Below, piece after piece: positions 7,246-17,509 of a stretch of DNA of 47,734 bases. Source of the stretch: a virus (lineage: Duplodnaviria > Caudoviricetes); IMG/VR virus record IMGVR_UViG_3300014208_001203, positions 1 through 47,734 of that record. One strand, given 5' to 3'. The notes under the pieces are model-generated. The model did not search any database, was not told the origin of the DNA, and was given only the letters and a program-made list of their open reading frames with translations. The stretch's first letter is position 1; each line of letters starts with the position of its first letter. Made by a program: the position numbers and the translations under genes.

Positions 7246-7954
7246 CTATTATTTTGTTAATTAACTGTTTTTTTAGAATTCTAGAAAAATTTGACAATAC
7301 AATTTCAAATATAATTACAAACACTATATACAATTTAAACTCCAGTGGAATATTAAGAGCAACTATTACATAATAGAAAGCCCAATATAAAAAAAATATT
7401 CCAAATATAGCTGGTAAAAAAGCAAAAAGCACTCCAAAAACGGCTTGCTTTTTCATTGATTTGTTTTCTTTTTCAAGATCTTCCATTGATGTTGAAAAGT
7501 CTATTTTATTATTTTCATACTTTTTTCTTATGTCTGGTACTCTTTTTAAAGCATTCATCATTCCTGTCAAAATAAAAATAGAAGATAATGTTTTAAAAAT
7601 TGCAAGGGCACATGCTAAACATATAAGTTGAATTGCAAAAAAACTTAAATTTACATTTAAAAACAAGTATGCAATCAAAGACCAAAAAATAATTAAATTA
7701 AAAATAGAATAGATAAAAAGATCTTTTTCCATTTTATACTCTCCTTTTTTAACAGTTTGATTATCTTCTTTCCAAGAATATGCCATTGCACAAGAAACAG
7801 AAATTATTACAAGAGGAATTGAAAACCAGTGAAAATTTGCCAAAAAAATAAACCACAACAGTACACTATAATTTAAAGTGGTAATTAATCCAGAGAAAAT
7901 AGACCTCAATATAGGAATATTTTCTACATCTATTCTTTTAAGGAAACTAAACAT
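7229..7954 (-). CDS. Multi-pass membrane protein
   Basis: About six hydrophobic segments. Confidence 0.7.
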   Translation of the reverse strand: MFSFLKRIDVENIPILRSIFSGLITTLNYSVLLWFIFLANFHWFSIPLVIISVSCAMAYSWKEDNQTVKKGEYKMEKDLFIYSIFNLIIFWSLIAYLFLNVNLSFFAIQLICLACALAIFKTLSSIFILTGMMNALKRVPDIRKKYENNKIDFSTSMEDLEKENKSMKKQAVFGVLFAFLPAIFGIFFLYWAFYYVIVALNIPLEFKLYIVFVIIFEIVLSNFSRILKKQLINKIIDEIHE

Positions 7955-8101
7955 TTTAAAAGTTTTTTAAAATTAATAATTTGATTCTTAGAGCTTGGAG
8001 TTTAAAAAACCCAGAAACATACAAATATGAAAAAGTAAATGCACTACTAATCCACACTAAAATATAAAAGAAAATAATTTTCATAATAGCTTTTTTTAAT
8101 G

Positions 8102-8128
8102 TATACGAAATTTTAATAAAAAAGTTAT
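8102..8128 (-). promoter_or_regulatory. AAC-N16-CGTA promoter motif
   Basis: ATAAC-N16-CGTATA. Confidence 0.7.
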
Positions 8129-9498
8129 TACAAACTTGATGCTTTATGAATTTCTAAACATTCTTCAAGGGTATTGGCAACATCTTTATCTCCAATTCTA
8201 TGCTTAATATATCTTGGATGTAACAAAGAATATCCCTTTTCTGTAATGGAAACTCCATTACATTTTATTTCAGCGATTGCTCCCAAATACTTGCCTTGAT
8301 TATTAGTAATTTCTTCCATGTCATCTTCCGTTATTCCACCTGCTGTAGACTTTAACAATCCATCATCGCTTTGTACCAGTAAAGAAGATATAACATTTTC
8401 GTTTTTGGTTCCTTTATCTCCGTAACTAAATCCAACAATTTTTAGATCTAACATTACTTCCTTCTTTAATTTTATTTGATATGATGGTTTTGAATCTACC
8501 CACAACCCATCTGCAGCTTTAAGAATTGTACCCTCCAAACCTCTCAACAAAACATCTTCAAAATGTTCCATTGCTTCTTCTTTATTTTTAACAATCCTGG
8601 TTTCGACTACAGATAACATTTCAAATCCAACCACAACTTTTTTAAGTTCTTCAAGCCTATCATCATAAACTCTACTGCAAGTTCTTGAGTAATATTCATC
8701 AAGGGTTAATAAGTCCCAGGAAGTTATTCTAATTAAATCCAAAGCTTCTCTATATGGCATGTGTTTAGATTCGAATTTCGCAATTTCTTTATCAACATTT
8801 TCACCTTTACTTTTTTTGTTTGCGATAGATATTAAAGATGTAATCATACCATTACTTTTGTATCTTTCAACGTTATCCATAGTTAATTCACAATTCAAAA
8901 CACCATCTGGTAGCATTTTCAATTCTTTAAGAAATTTGGGATTTTCAAGATTTGTTGGTTCACCTTGTCGTGAGACCATTTCAACATCTCCATCGCTAAT
9001 TGTAACGTTAATGTATTGACCGTCAAGCTTTAGTTGACTGTAAACTTTTTTGAATTTCTTAAATAATTTATCAACCAGATCTCTTGAATATGCTTTACAT
9101 CCCTGATATCCTACTTTTTCAATCAAATCCGTCCATACTTTATTTAGCATTTTTGTTTCAAGTCCAATTTTCGGCTTTTTTTCGATAATACGCTCAATTA
9201 TATAAGCATTTTCTGGAGACAATGATTCTAAAGTGTTTGACAAATGAGAAATAGCGGCATAACCAGTAAGTTCTCTGCTACTTAATTTTGACAATCTTTC
9301 TAAGGCAGATTCCAAAGTTTCATTTTGTCCAACATTTATATATTCTGGGATTGTTTTTATGTAAAATTTTACTCTTTTTGAACAGGCCATATAAAGAACT
9401 CTTTTTAAAAGTTCATTATCCTTATAAGAATCAAGAATTTCCATTTTTTTAATAGTCGAGCTTTCAGCCGCTATTTCGTCAAATATTTTTTTAATCAT
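8128..9498 (-). CDS. ATP-dependent DNA ligase (T4-like)
   Basis: KLDG adenylation motif, SRQG, EGTILK, IKLK, LLHPRY. Confidence 0.9.
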   Translation of the reverse strand: MIKKIFDEIAAESSTIKKMEILDSYKDNELLKRVLYMACSKRVKFYIKTIPEYINVGQNETLESALERLSKLSSRELTGYAAISHLSNTLESLSPENAYIIERIIEKKPKIGLETKMLNKVWTDLIEKVGYQGCKAYSRDLVDKLFKKFKKVYSQLKLDGQYINVTISDGDVEMVSRQGEPTNLENPKFLKELKMLPDGVLNCELTMDNVERYKSNGMITSLISIANKKSKGENVDKEIAKFESKHMPYREALDLIRITSWDLLTLDEYYSRTCSRVYDDRLEELKKVVVGFEMLSVVETRIVKNKEEAMEHFEDVLLRGLEGTILKAADGLWVDSKPSYQIKLKKEVMLDLKIVGFSYGDKGTKNENVISSLLVQSDDGLLKSTAGGITEDDMEEITNNQGKYLGAIAEIKCNGVSITEKGYSLLHPRYIKHRIGDKDVANTLEECLEIHKASSL

Positions 9499-9516
9499 AA
9501 TGAATGTTTTCTAATT

Positions 9517-9543
9517 TATACGAAAAATTATACAATTTGTTTG
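9517..9543 (-). promoter_or_regulatory. AAC-N16-CGTA promoter motif upstream of ligase
   Basis: CAAAC-N16-CGTATA. Confidence 0.65.
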
Positions 9544-9590
9544 ATTTAAATGCAAAAATAAATTATATTTATTAAAAAACAAAATTTATT

Positions 9591-10661
9591 ATGGAGAAAA
9601 TCAGGAAAATAATAAAAGAAGAATTACATGCTATCTTAGAAATAGAAAAAATAACAAACGAATTGGCTCCTTATTGTATGAAAAGAATTAGTTCTGAGAA
9701 AAATTATGCAATTCAATATAAACAAAAAACAGCAGGAACTTCTTTTACTGTACAAGAATTAAATTTATCTCATAGTGCATTTGTTAATTTTTTGATTATT
9801 AATGTTGAATTTAAAAAGGAAGCCGACAATAAAGAAATAAACAAAGTTGGCGGAAGTTACATAGAAGAAAGTATTGACCAAGAAATTGTAAATGGAATTA
9901 TAAAATATAACGGAGAAATTAAATTAAAACTGTATAATTGGGATTACAACACCGATTTAACCCATCAAATAAAAAATGTTCTTGACCATGAGTTACATCA
10001 TTTTTTTGATGATATAATAACATTTAACAAGAAAAAAACTACAAAATTTTTAAATTCAGTCAATCGTATGACAATTGATATTTCCCAAAAGTTATTAGAA
10101 AAATATCCAGAATTAAAAGATTTTACAGAGATATTTTATTTAAATCTCTCAAAAGAAAGAAATGCAAGAATTCAAGCAGTAAATTTTGAGGCCAAAAAAT
10201 ACAAAGATCAGACATTGGATGTTATCATTGAAAAACTCGGTAAATTTGCACCATTTAAAGATTTCCAAAGAATGGATAAATTTGATGTAAATAAATTAAA
10301 TTACATTCCGATTGAAGATAGAAAAAAGTTTATAGAATTATTTAACATTTCTTTGAATTATAACAGAAAAAAATTTAATATATCAGCAGAAGAAATAAAC
10401 TATCCAAAAGAACCAGACAAGTTTTTTGGTTTTTGGAAAGAGCAATTTAAAAAAAATTCACAAAAATTGTTTAAAGACTCAATTTCTATTGCAAAAAAAA
10501 TGGCAAACTCTCCAATTAAAGAAAATTGGAATTATAAGTTTGATGATGATTTGAGTCTTAAGTCTATGGAAATTTTGTTTAATTATCATTACAGAAGCAC
10601 AAAAATGGAAATAAACAAGTCAAATGATGATAGAATAAAATATTATACTAAAGTTCTTTAA
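9591..10661 (+). CDS. HExxH putative zinc metallopeptidase, paralog 1
   Basis: HELHH plus downstream ERNAR; close to 14652..15707. Confidence 0.65.
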   Translation: MEKIRKIIKEELHAILEIEKITNELAPYCMKRISSEKNYAIQYKQKTAGTSFTVQELNLSHSAFVNFLIINVEFKKEADNKEINKVGGSYIEESIDQEIVNGIIKYNGEIKLKLYNWDYNTDLTHQIKNVLDHELHHFFDDIITFNKKKTTKFLNSVNRMTIDISQKLLEKYPELKDFTEIFYLNLSKERNARIQAVNFEAKKYKDQTLDVIIEKLGKFAPFKDFQRMDKFDVNKLNYIPIEDRKKFIELFNISLNYNRKKFNISAEEINYPKEPDKFFGFWKEQFKKNSQKLFKDSISIAKKMANSPIKENWNYKFDDDLSLKSMEILFNYHYRSTKMEINKSNDDRIKYYTKVL

Positions 10662-10662
10662 A

Positions 10663-11862
10663 TTAAATCATCTTTTTAATTTGTTTAACAATTTCATTAA
10701 TCATATCTTTTTCATTGGTTATAATTTCAAAGTCTGGATTTGTTAACTTAAATTTATATGTAATATATCTTTGCCCTTCGAACCCTTTATCTGCACCAAC
10801 TATAATTTTAACATATTTTTGTTGTGATTTTGTCCACCACTCTGATATTTCCCACCTAGTTGTTTGAGCAAAGCTTCTTCCTTCAATTTTTTCAACTTCT
10901 TTTGCCAACCAAAACACTATTATTCCTTGTTTAGATGCTTTTTCTAAATATTCACTTTCCCAATTTACTTGTTCTTCGTAAACAAAATCTTTTTTACTAA
11001 ATTCTCCTAACCTTTTTGGACAGACCAAAATTATATTTTTATTTGTTTTTACATTTTTCAATCCTTCTTGAATCTTCTCTAAAAAGTTTTCATGCCAATT
11101 TGCGCCTTGAATTGGTCCTGCTAAAAACACAACAATGTCTTGGTTTTCTTCAAATGTAGATACTTTATATTGTTCTGGAGCTCTTAAAACCTGCACTGTT
11201 CCGACCCTGTGTTTAATGTTTGAAATCAACTCGCCAACAAAAACGTTTTGATCATAATGAACTCTAATTCCGTTCATTTGAAATTTAATTAGTTCTTCAG
11301 AAACGGGAGTAAAATGCCAAATATCTACGCCAACATTTACAGAATTCCTTTGAACTTTCCATAGCCCATGAATATGTCCAACAATATTAAACACATTTTC
11401 TTTTGCATTGGTTGGAAAATGGTTCAAGTACACTTTTTCTCCACCAATTTCAATTTCCAACTCATCATAAACTTCATCGAAATATTTTAACAACATTTTG
11501 TCGTTAATTTCAAAATTTGCTGTTCCTCCATTTTCTTTCGAAATATCGTAATTTCCTTTAATTAATATTTTTTTACCATTTAACTGATTTAAAATATCTA
11601 AACCATCTTTGTCCATCGATATGTCTCCCAAGAAATATGTCAAATCATTTTTCCCAACGGTTTTATTAAATACATCTTTTAGGTGTTCATTAACTTCTTT
11701 TTCGTTTTTAAAGATTAAATCACGACCATATAAGTTTAATCTATTATCGTTTATATGCCAGTCACTTGTAAAGAATATTTTTCTTTTACTTTTTTGTTCT
11801 TCTAACATTTTTTCCCGAATTTGTTTTTTTACAATTTCTACAACTTGCAATATTGTTTTCAT
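10663..11862 (-). CDS. Calcineurin-like metallophosphoesterase fused to a nucleoside 2-deoxyribosyltransferase-like domain
   Basis: SDWH, LGD, GNYD, GHIH; C-terminal VFLAGPI...QVNWE. Confidence 0.8.
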   Translation of the reverse strand: MKTILQVVEIVKKQIREKMLEEQKSKRKIFFTSDWHINDNRLNLYGRDLIFKNEKEVNEHLKDVFNKTVGKNDLTYFLGDISMDKDGLDILNQLNGKKILIKGNYDISKENGGTANFEINDKMLLKYFDEVYDELEIEIGGEKVYLNHFPTNAKENVFNIVGHIHGLWKVQRNSVNVGVDIWHFTPVSEELIKFQMNGIRVHYDQNVFVGELISNIKHRVGTVQVLRAPEQYKVSTFEENQDIVVFLAGPIQGANWHENFLEKIQEGLKNVKTNKNIILVCPKRLGEFSKKDFVYEEQVNWESEYLEKASKQGIIVFWLAKEVEKIEGRSFAQTTRWEISEWWTKSQQKYVKIIVGADKGFEGQRYITYKFKLTNPDFEIITNEKDMINEIVKQIKKMI

Positions 11863-11866
11863 ATTT

Positions 11867-12646
11867 TTATTTTTTTAAATTATTATTTTTTATAAAATTA
11901 CTTAATGTTGAAGGTCTTAAATTTAGTTCTTGACAAATTTCTTTATTTTTTTTACCACTTTCTAATAAGTGTATAATTTTTATTTTGTTTTTTTGTGCCT
12001 TTTCATTTCTGCTAATAAAATTTAAATCAATTTTATCCCACTTTCTTTTCATAAAAGGAATATTTAGAGAAATCGCCTTTCTTTTTATTCCTTTTAAGAC
12101 AACTGAATTTGATATGGCAAATTCTGCATATCCACACCCATTAATTCTTGCACTTGGCAATTTAAAAGTAAAATCCTTATATAACACTTCTAAAAAATAT
12201 TTTAATTGGCTTAACCAACTTGAATGGCATTTTACTCTTAAATTACAGTCTTTTCTTTCGTGCAAAGTGGTTATACAGCCATCTCCATCTATGAATCCAA
12301 TTATTAAACTAAATATTTTATCACATTCTTTTATAGAAGTTAAATTAGGAGGACAATACGTTTTATTACTTCCAATATCATATAATTTTGTTATTCTATC
12401 AAAAATTAAAGAGTCTCTCCCTCCTATTCTAAAAGATTTAGTTTTTTTGTTGTAAGATATGTTTTCAATATTTAAAAAATCTTTTAATTTTAACAGGTGT
12501 TGCTTGTCTTTTTTAGACAAAGCTATTACAATTTCTTTAGTACTTTTAAAGCTTGCATCTGCAAGTAAAAATCCGAGCCAATAATATTTTTCTAAATTTT
12601 CATCTAATAATTTCTCAAAATTACATTTTTTATTATTTTTTGCCAT
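11867..12646 (-). CDS. LAGLIDADG homing endonuclease
   Basis: YWLGFLLADA and IGFIDGDG motifs, C-terminal HTH-like tail. Confidence 0.85.
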   Translation of the reverse strand: MAKNNKKCNFEKLLDENLEKYYWLGFLLADASFKSTKEIVIALSKKDKQHLLKLKDFLNIENISYNKKTKSFRIGGRDSLIFDRITKLYDIGSNKTYCPPNLTSIKECDKIFSLIIGFIDGDGCITTLHERKDCNLRVKCHSSWLSQLKYFLEVLYKDFTFKLPSARINGCGYAEFAISNSVVLKGIKRKAISLNIPFMKRKWDKIDLNFISRNEKAQKNKIKIIHLLESGKKNKEICQELNLRPSTLSNFIKNNNLKK

Positions 12647-12805
12647 ATCTTTTTCTTATAAATATGACAAAATAAAATTAATGTGTATCAGGGGTGAAAC
12701 TTTTTCCAATAGGTTCCATATACTATTTTTTTAAGTTTTTATAAAATAAAAATGCCCGTAATTCAATTACAGGCAAATTTAATAAAAAAAATTCAATTAT
12801 CAAAA

Positions 12806-13375
12806 TTAAACTTTTTCACTTTTTATAATTTTTGTTTGATTATCATTAAAAACAACAATTTCTTCACCAGTGCCATATTCAATTATTATTGCATCATATC
12901 CTTCATTTTCTAAACACTTAGATATTTTAATAGCTCCAAACTTGTCAGATATAGAAAAAAAATCTATCATTCTTGTTTCTTCATTTTTCACATCTGAATA
13001 CCCAAAGTCTGCTCCTCCTTTAGTTAGGATATCAATGTATTTTTGTACTTCTGGGTTAATTAAATTCCTGTCAATTTTCCCGTTTTCTTGGTTCATTTTA
13101 TATTCTGAATATTTTTCATAATCTATTTTATACGGGTTTTTAACATCTAATTCTACAGTTAATATATATCCATCAGAACCGTTAGCATAAGTTTCTGCAA
13201 CTTTTTTATCTGTTGAGAAATATAAACCTCTACCAAAATCTCCAGCATTGTTTTGAGACCCAGATTTTTCTAATTTAAACTTATCGAATTTATGCGGAGT
13301 TCCATGATAAGCAATAATCTTCTTTTTGACACCAGCCAACTCTTGTAATCTGTTTTTGTAATTTTCAGTTATCAT
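12806..13375 (-). CDS. ADP-ribosyltransferase-fold (ART-PolyVal-like) protein
   Basis: YHGT..KFDKF, FGRGLYFST...A..YA, KNPY, GYDAII, EIVVF. Confidence 0.7.
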   Translation of the reverse strand: MITENYKNRLQELAGVKKKIIAYHGTPHKFDKFKLEKSGSQNNAGDFGRGLYFSTDKKVAETYANGSDGYILTVELDVKNPYKIDYEKYSEYKMNQENGKIDRNLINPEVQKYIDILTKGGADFGYSDVKNEETRMIDFFSISDKFGAIKISKCLENEGYDAIIIEYGTGEEIVVFNDNQTKIIKSEKV

Positions 13376-13404
13376 ATTTATTTTTTATATAAATATTTGA
13401 AATT

Positions 13405-14514
13405 TTATATTACAAATTTAGAGTATTTTTTTATTTCATTTAGAAACTCATCTTCCATTTCTCCGTGATAATAATGTGTGTCTGGTCCATTATCATAAAT
13501 CATCACTGCGCATTTTATATTATAATAAATCTCGTCTAATAATTGTTCCATATAGCTTCTATATTTAGGATTGCCATATTCGGTCACAACTTCTTTGTCT
13601 GCAAATAAGTTTATAGCTTGAGAAACAATTTTATGCCTTGCTTCTAGACTCATTCTCTTTGCTCTACCAATCCAATAATTAAAGAAATCATCTGGATTAT
13701 CAATTATTTTTATAGAATTTACATTTCCTTCTTTTGAAAATTTTAAAAGATATTTGTTAAAATCATTAACAAAATCTTCTTTTATAAATTCATCCAAATT
13801 TAAAACCCAATGGGGTTTAAACTTTTGTACTTTTAAAAAATCTCTGAAAACAGATAACTTATTCAACTCTCTTAAAACTTCATCATGTGTCTTTGCATGA
13901 AAATTTAATTTAAGATTTTTGATTTGAACATATGCTTCATGCACTCTTGCATCCACTTCTTCAGGTAAACTTAAATAGAAAATATCCATAAACCTTTCAA
14001 ATTCATCTATTCCATCAAAAAATTCTAAATTTTTCATTTTATTTCTGGTATTGTATAAAGCTTTTGAATAATTATTTGAATCAATTGTTGTTATATGTTG
14101 AAATGAGTGAAATAATTCATGTGAAAAAACCTTTTTTATATCATTTTTTAAGTCTGTTTTATAATCCCAATTAATTATGTAAATTTCAAATTTTACAAAA
14201 TACCTAAATTCATTTCTAATAAAATCTTGTCTTAATTTTATTAACCTCCCTGAAACACGGTTTATTTTATTACTTTTTTCTTCATCTGGAATTATATCTA
14301 TTCTAATTTCCCATATTTTAGATATTTTTCTATCTTCATCAGACATTTTTTCATCTATACGCAAATTGTCTTCACTTCCTAATTTTTCTTTTTTTTGTTG
14401 AAATTTGTTTGTTAATATTTCCATTATTCTTCTCGAATACTTATCTGAAATATTATCCAGCGGAAGATAATGACCCAAAACTTCTCTAACTAATTTTCTG
14501 AATTTATTTTGCAT
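13405..14514 (-). CDS. HExxH putative zinc metallopeptidase, paralog 2
   Basis: NWDYKTDL..VFSHELFH, IFYLSLPEEVDAR. Confidence 0.65.
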   Translation of the reverse strand: MQNKFRKLVREVLGHYLPLDNISDKYSRRIMEILTNKFQQKKEKLGSEDNLRIDEKMSDEDRKISKIWEIRIDIIPDEEKSNKINRVSGRLIKLRQDFIRNEFRYFVKFEIYIINWDYKTDLKNDIKKVFSHELFHSFQHITTIDSNNYSKALYNTRNKMKNLEFFDGIDEFERFMDIFYLSLPEEVDARVHEAYVQIKNLKLNFHAKTHDEVLRELNKLSVFRDFLKVQKFKPHWVLNLDEFIKEDFVNDFNKYLLKFSKEGNVNSIKIIDNPDDFFNYWIGRAKRMSLEARHKIVSQAINLFADKEVVTEYGNPKYRSYMEQLLDEIYYNIKCAVMIYDNGPDTHYYHGEMEDEFLNEIKKYSKFVI

Positions 14515-14651
14515 GTGTGCTTTTAATGATAAATATTTTTAAATTATAATGACAATAATATACAAAAATTTTTCTCTAATGTCAATATCCTAAACAATAT
14601 TATTTAAATTATATTTTGTTTTTGTTATATTTATATAAACATCATTGGAAT

Positions 14652-15707
14652 ATGAATAAAATTAGAAAAATAATTCAAGAAAAAGTGCATGTTGTTCTTG
14701 AAATTAAAGAAATCGTAAAAAAACTTGCTCCATATTATATGAAAGAATTTTATAAAATGGTGCCCAATATAATTGAATATAAACAAAAAACATATTGGAC
14801 TACAATTCCTGTTTCTGAATTATATCTATCCAACAATGCTTTTGTAAATGAGCTAATGATTACAATATATTTCCACAAAGAATCAACTGAAAATGTCGAA
14901 AACATTGTTAGTGGTCAATTTTCTGAAGAAAGCATAGATCAAGAAATTGTTGATGGAATTGTTAAGTATAACGGTGCAATAAATTTAAGAATACACAATT
15001 GGGATTATAAAACAAACTTAGAAGAACATTTAAAAAGTGTGTTCTCTCATGAATTACATCATTTTTTTGATGATATTGTGACATTTAACAAAAAGAAAAC
15101 AACAAAAATTTTAAACTCTGTCAATAGAATGACATCAAATTTCTCTTTAGAATTATTAAATAAATATCCAACACTAAAAGATTTCACAGAAATATTCTAT
15201 TTAAATCTTCCAAAAGAAAGAAACGCAAGACTTACTCAGCTGTCTGTAGAGGCAGATAAATACAAAGGGAAACCAATAGATTTTGTAATAGAACAGCTTG
15301 GACACTTAACTGCATTTAAAGATTTCCAAAGAATGGATAAATTTGATGCTAATAACCTAAAAAACATTCCATATAATGACAGAAAGCAATTCATTGATTC
15401 TTTTAATCTATCTTTAAACTATTCTAAAAACACCATGAATATTTCCTCAGAAGATCAAAATTACCCCAAAGAACCAGATAAATTCTTTGAATTTTGGCAA
15501 AGACAATTTAACAAAAATGCAAAAGTGTTATTTAAAAAATCCATTAACATAGCAAAATTTTTAAGCAAAGAAAAAATTAATGAGAACCACATTAATTTAT
15601 TAGAAACAAAATTAAATTCTACTTCATTAGAAATACTTTTCAATTATGGTTTGGATAATATAGGCATAGAAAAGAATACACACTCTGACCGAATTAAATT
15701 TAAATAA
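14652..15707 (+). CDS. HExxH putative zinc metallopeptidase, paralog 3
   Basis: HELHHFFDDI, IFYLNLPKERNAR; start moved to MNKIRK. Confidence 0.65.
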   Translation: MNKIRKIIQEKVHVVLEIKEIVKKLAPYYMKEFYKMVPNIIEYKQKTYWTTIPVSELYLSNNAFVNELMITIYFHKESTENVENIVSGQFSEESIDQEIVDGIVKYNGAINLRIHNWDYKTNLEEHLKSVFSHELHHFFDDIVTFNKKKTTKILNSVNRMTSNFSLELLNKYPTLKDFTEIFYLNLPKERNARLTQLSVEADKYKGKPIDFVIEQLGHLTAFKDFQRMDKFDANNLKNIPYNDRKQFIDSFNLSLNYSKNTMNISSEDQNYPKEPDKFFEFWQRQFNKNAKVLFKKSINIAKFLSKEKINENHINLLETKLNSTSLEILFNYGLDNIGIEKNTHSDRIKFK

Positions 15708-15710
15708 AAC

Positions 15711-15857
15711 ATGAAAAATATAGAATTAACAAATCCAGTTGTTGAACCAGATAAAAAAACAAAAGAACCACAAACCCCAACCGTTCCACATAGAAAAAGA
15801 AAGTTGGTTCCAGATAAGTGGCCAGAGGAAACACCAGGACCAAAACCAAAAGCATAA
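15711..15857 (+). CDS. Small Pro/Lys-rich protein, 48 aa
   Basis: Hand translation MKNIELTNPVVEPDKKTKEPQTP...PGPKPKA*; fills the gap between neighbours. Confidence 0.5.
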   Translation: MKNIELTNPVVEPDKKTKEPQTPTVPHRKRKLVPDKWPEETPGPKPKA

Positions 15858-15861
15858 AGAA

Positions 15862-17190
15862 ATGGCAATGAACATAGAAGATCCTGAATTTGATGAACCT
15901 CATCCATCAGTCAGAAGTGGAATCGAAGGTGGAAAAAAAACTGCCTTTTCAGATTCTGAGTTTTTTAAAGGAGGAGATCCCGATTATTCAACTTTAGAAA
16001 AAATAGGAAGCGAAGAGTTTAATAAAATCATTAGAGATATTAAACCATTGGGAAAAATGAACACAATGGAAATAATGAAAGCTTTTCAATTTATGTCATC
16101 AATAGAAATGCAGCATAAAGAGGCTTTAGAATCTTTGGCAATTAGAAAAATAAAAGAACAATTTGGTCTTCCAGATGAAGTTTCTGATAAATTAGAAGCT
16201 AAATTGGTTAGACAAGTTAATAAACCAAGTAACGATACAGACAATTTAACTCAGGAAGTAGCTCAAGATTTACAATTTACAGAAGAAGAAAAAGAAATTA
16301 TAAAAAAACATGTAGAAAAAAGAAAAATTCAAAATGCTTTAATTATAGGGTCGGGTTTTCGAGCACATTCTACATTTATGTCTATAAAAAAAGAATTAGA
16401 TGCTATTGATCAAAGATTGTATCCATTATATGAAAAAACAATGCCAAATGTTGCTTTATTTATGTGGAAATACCCATTTGAAGATGTGATGGGATCAGCA
16501 CAAATGATGGGTCTTTCTAAACTGAAAAAAGACGAAAACAACAATGTAAAAGCTGAAGCTGTGGCAACAATATTTCCAATTCTTTTACACGAAACACCAA
16601 AAGCTGCAATAGAACTTTTGTTTGCAAATTATTTAATTAGTCTTACAGAAAGATTTGGTGCAAACGTATCTTCTGAAATAATAAAACAATCAGATGTTTT
16701 TGAAGAAGAAATATGGCATAAACGTATTGGGCCAACTCTTTGGAAATATTTACACGATGCTATTGATTATGTAATTGTTCATGAAAAAGAAAGTAATTAC
16801 ACACTGGTTGCATATTTACTTAACGATATCTCAATGATGGAACCAAATGAATTTATAAGTTTTATGAACGATTTAGTTTATAATGGACAGAAAGCAATAA
16901 ACAACATTAGCCAAATGGTTGACAACATCGAAAGAGATTTATCATCTGAAGAAGCTGTTCCAGAAGAAACAGATGAGGAAAATCTTAATACAACCACACA
17001 ACAATTAGGAGATGAATTATCTCAATTGTCACAAGCAGCCGCAGAAAAACAAGAAACAACAGTAAATACTCCAAAAAACTTTGAAGATATGTATTTAATA
17101 GAACTTCAAGACGAACTTAAATCTGCTGTTTCCGAAGAAAGATATGAGGATGCCTCTAAGCTAGTTAAAATAATTAAAACAAAAACATAA
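15862..17190 (+). CDS. Hypothetical protein with C-terminal UVR-like coiled coil
   Basis: Likely start MAMNIED; FPILLHE motif; ELKSAVSEERYEDASKL tail. Confidence 0.7.
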   Translation: MAMNIEDPEFDEPHPSVRSGIEGGKKTAFSDSEFFKGGDPDYSTLEKIGSEEFNKIIRDIKPLGKMNTMEIMKAFQFMSSIEMQHKEALESLAIRKIKEQFGLPDEVSDKLEAKLVRQVNKPSNDTDNLTQEVAQDLQFTEEEKEIIKKHVEKRKIQNALIIGSGFRAHSTFMSIKKELDAIDQRLYPLYEKTMPNVALFMWKYPFEDVMGSAQMMGLSKLKKDENNNVKAEAVATIFPILLHETPKAAIELLFANYLISLTERFGANVSSEIIKQSDVFEEEIWHKRIGPTLWKYLHDAIDYVIVHEKESNYTLVAYLLNDISMMEPNEFISFMNDLVYNGQKAINNISQMVDNIERDLSSEEAVPEETDEENLNTTTQQLGDELSQLSQAAAEKQETTVNTPKNFEDMYLIELQDELKSAVSEERYEDASKLVKIIKTKT

Positions 17191-17193
17191 AAC

Positions 17194-17220
17194 AAAAGCC
17201 AGGCAAATCCTGGCTTTTTT
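17194..17220. terminator. Bidirectional intrinsic terminator
   Basis: AAAAGCCAGG-caaat-CCTGGCTTTT between convergent genes. Confidence 0.85.
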
Positions 17221-17509
17221 ATTTTGTTGCAATATCACCAAAATAACTTAAATCAATATATGATTCCTTTGTGTTTCTTATAAACTCATCTGCATCAACA
17301 TACATCGTTTTAAATATATCAGAACTATACTCTTTTTCAGTATTTAAATCTTTTAAAATTATGTGAAGTTTATCGTCACACAAAGTTAGAGAATGTCCCT
17401 TAAATTTAACTTCACTTCTTAAATTGTAAAATGCGTGAAGACACATTTCGTAATTTTGTTTTACAGTAAGCCTTTTTCTTTTTTTTGATGAATTTAACAG
17501 AGAACTCAT
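17219..17509 (-). CDS. Hypothetical protein
   Basis: 96 aa; shares L(R/K)SE(V/L)KFKG with its neighbour. Confidence 0.65.
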   Translation of the reverse strand: MSSLLNSSKKRKRLTVKQNYEMCLHAFYNLRSEVKFKGHSLTLCDDKLHIILKDLNTEKEYSSDIFKTMYVDADEFIRNTKESYIDLSYFGDIATK

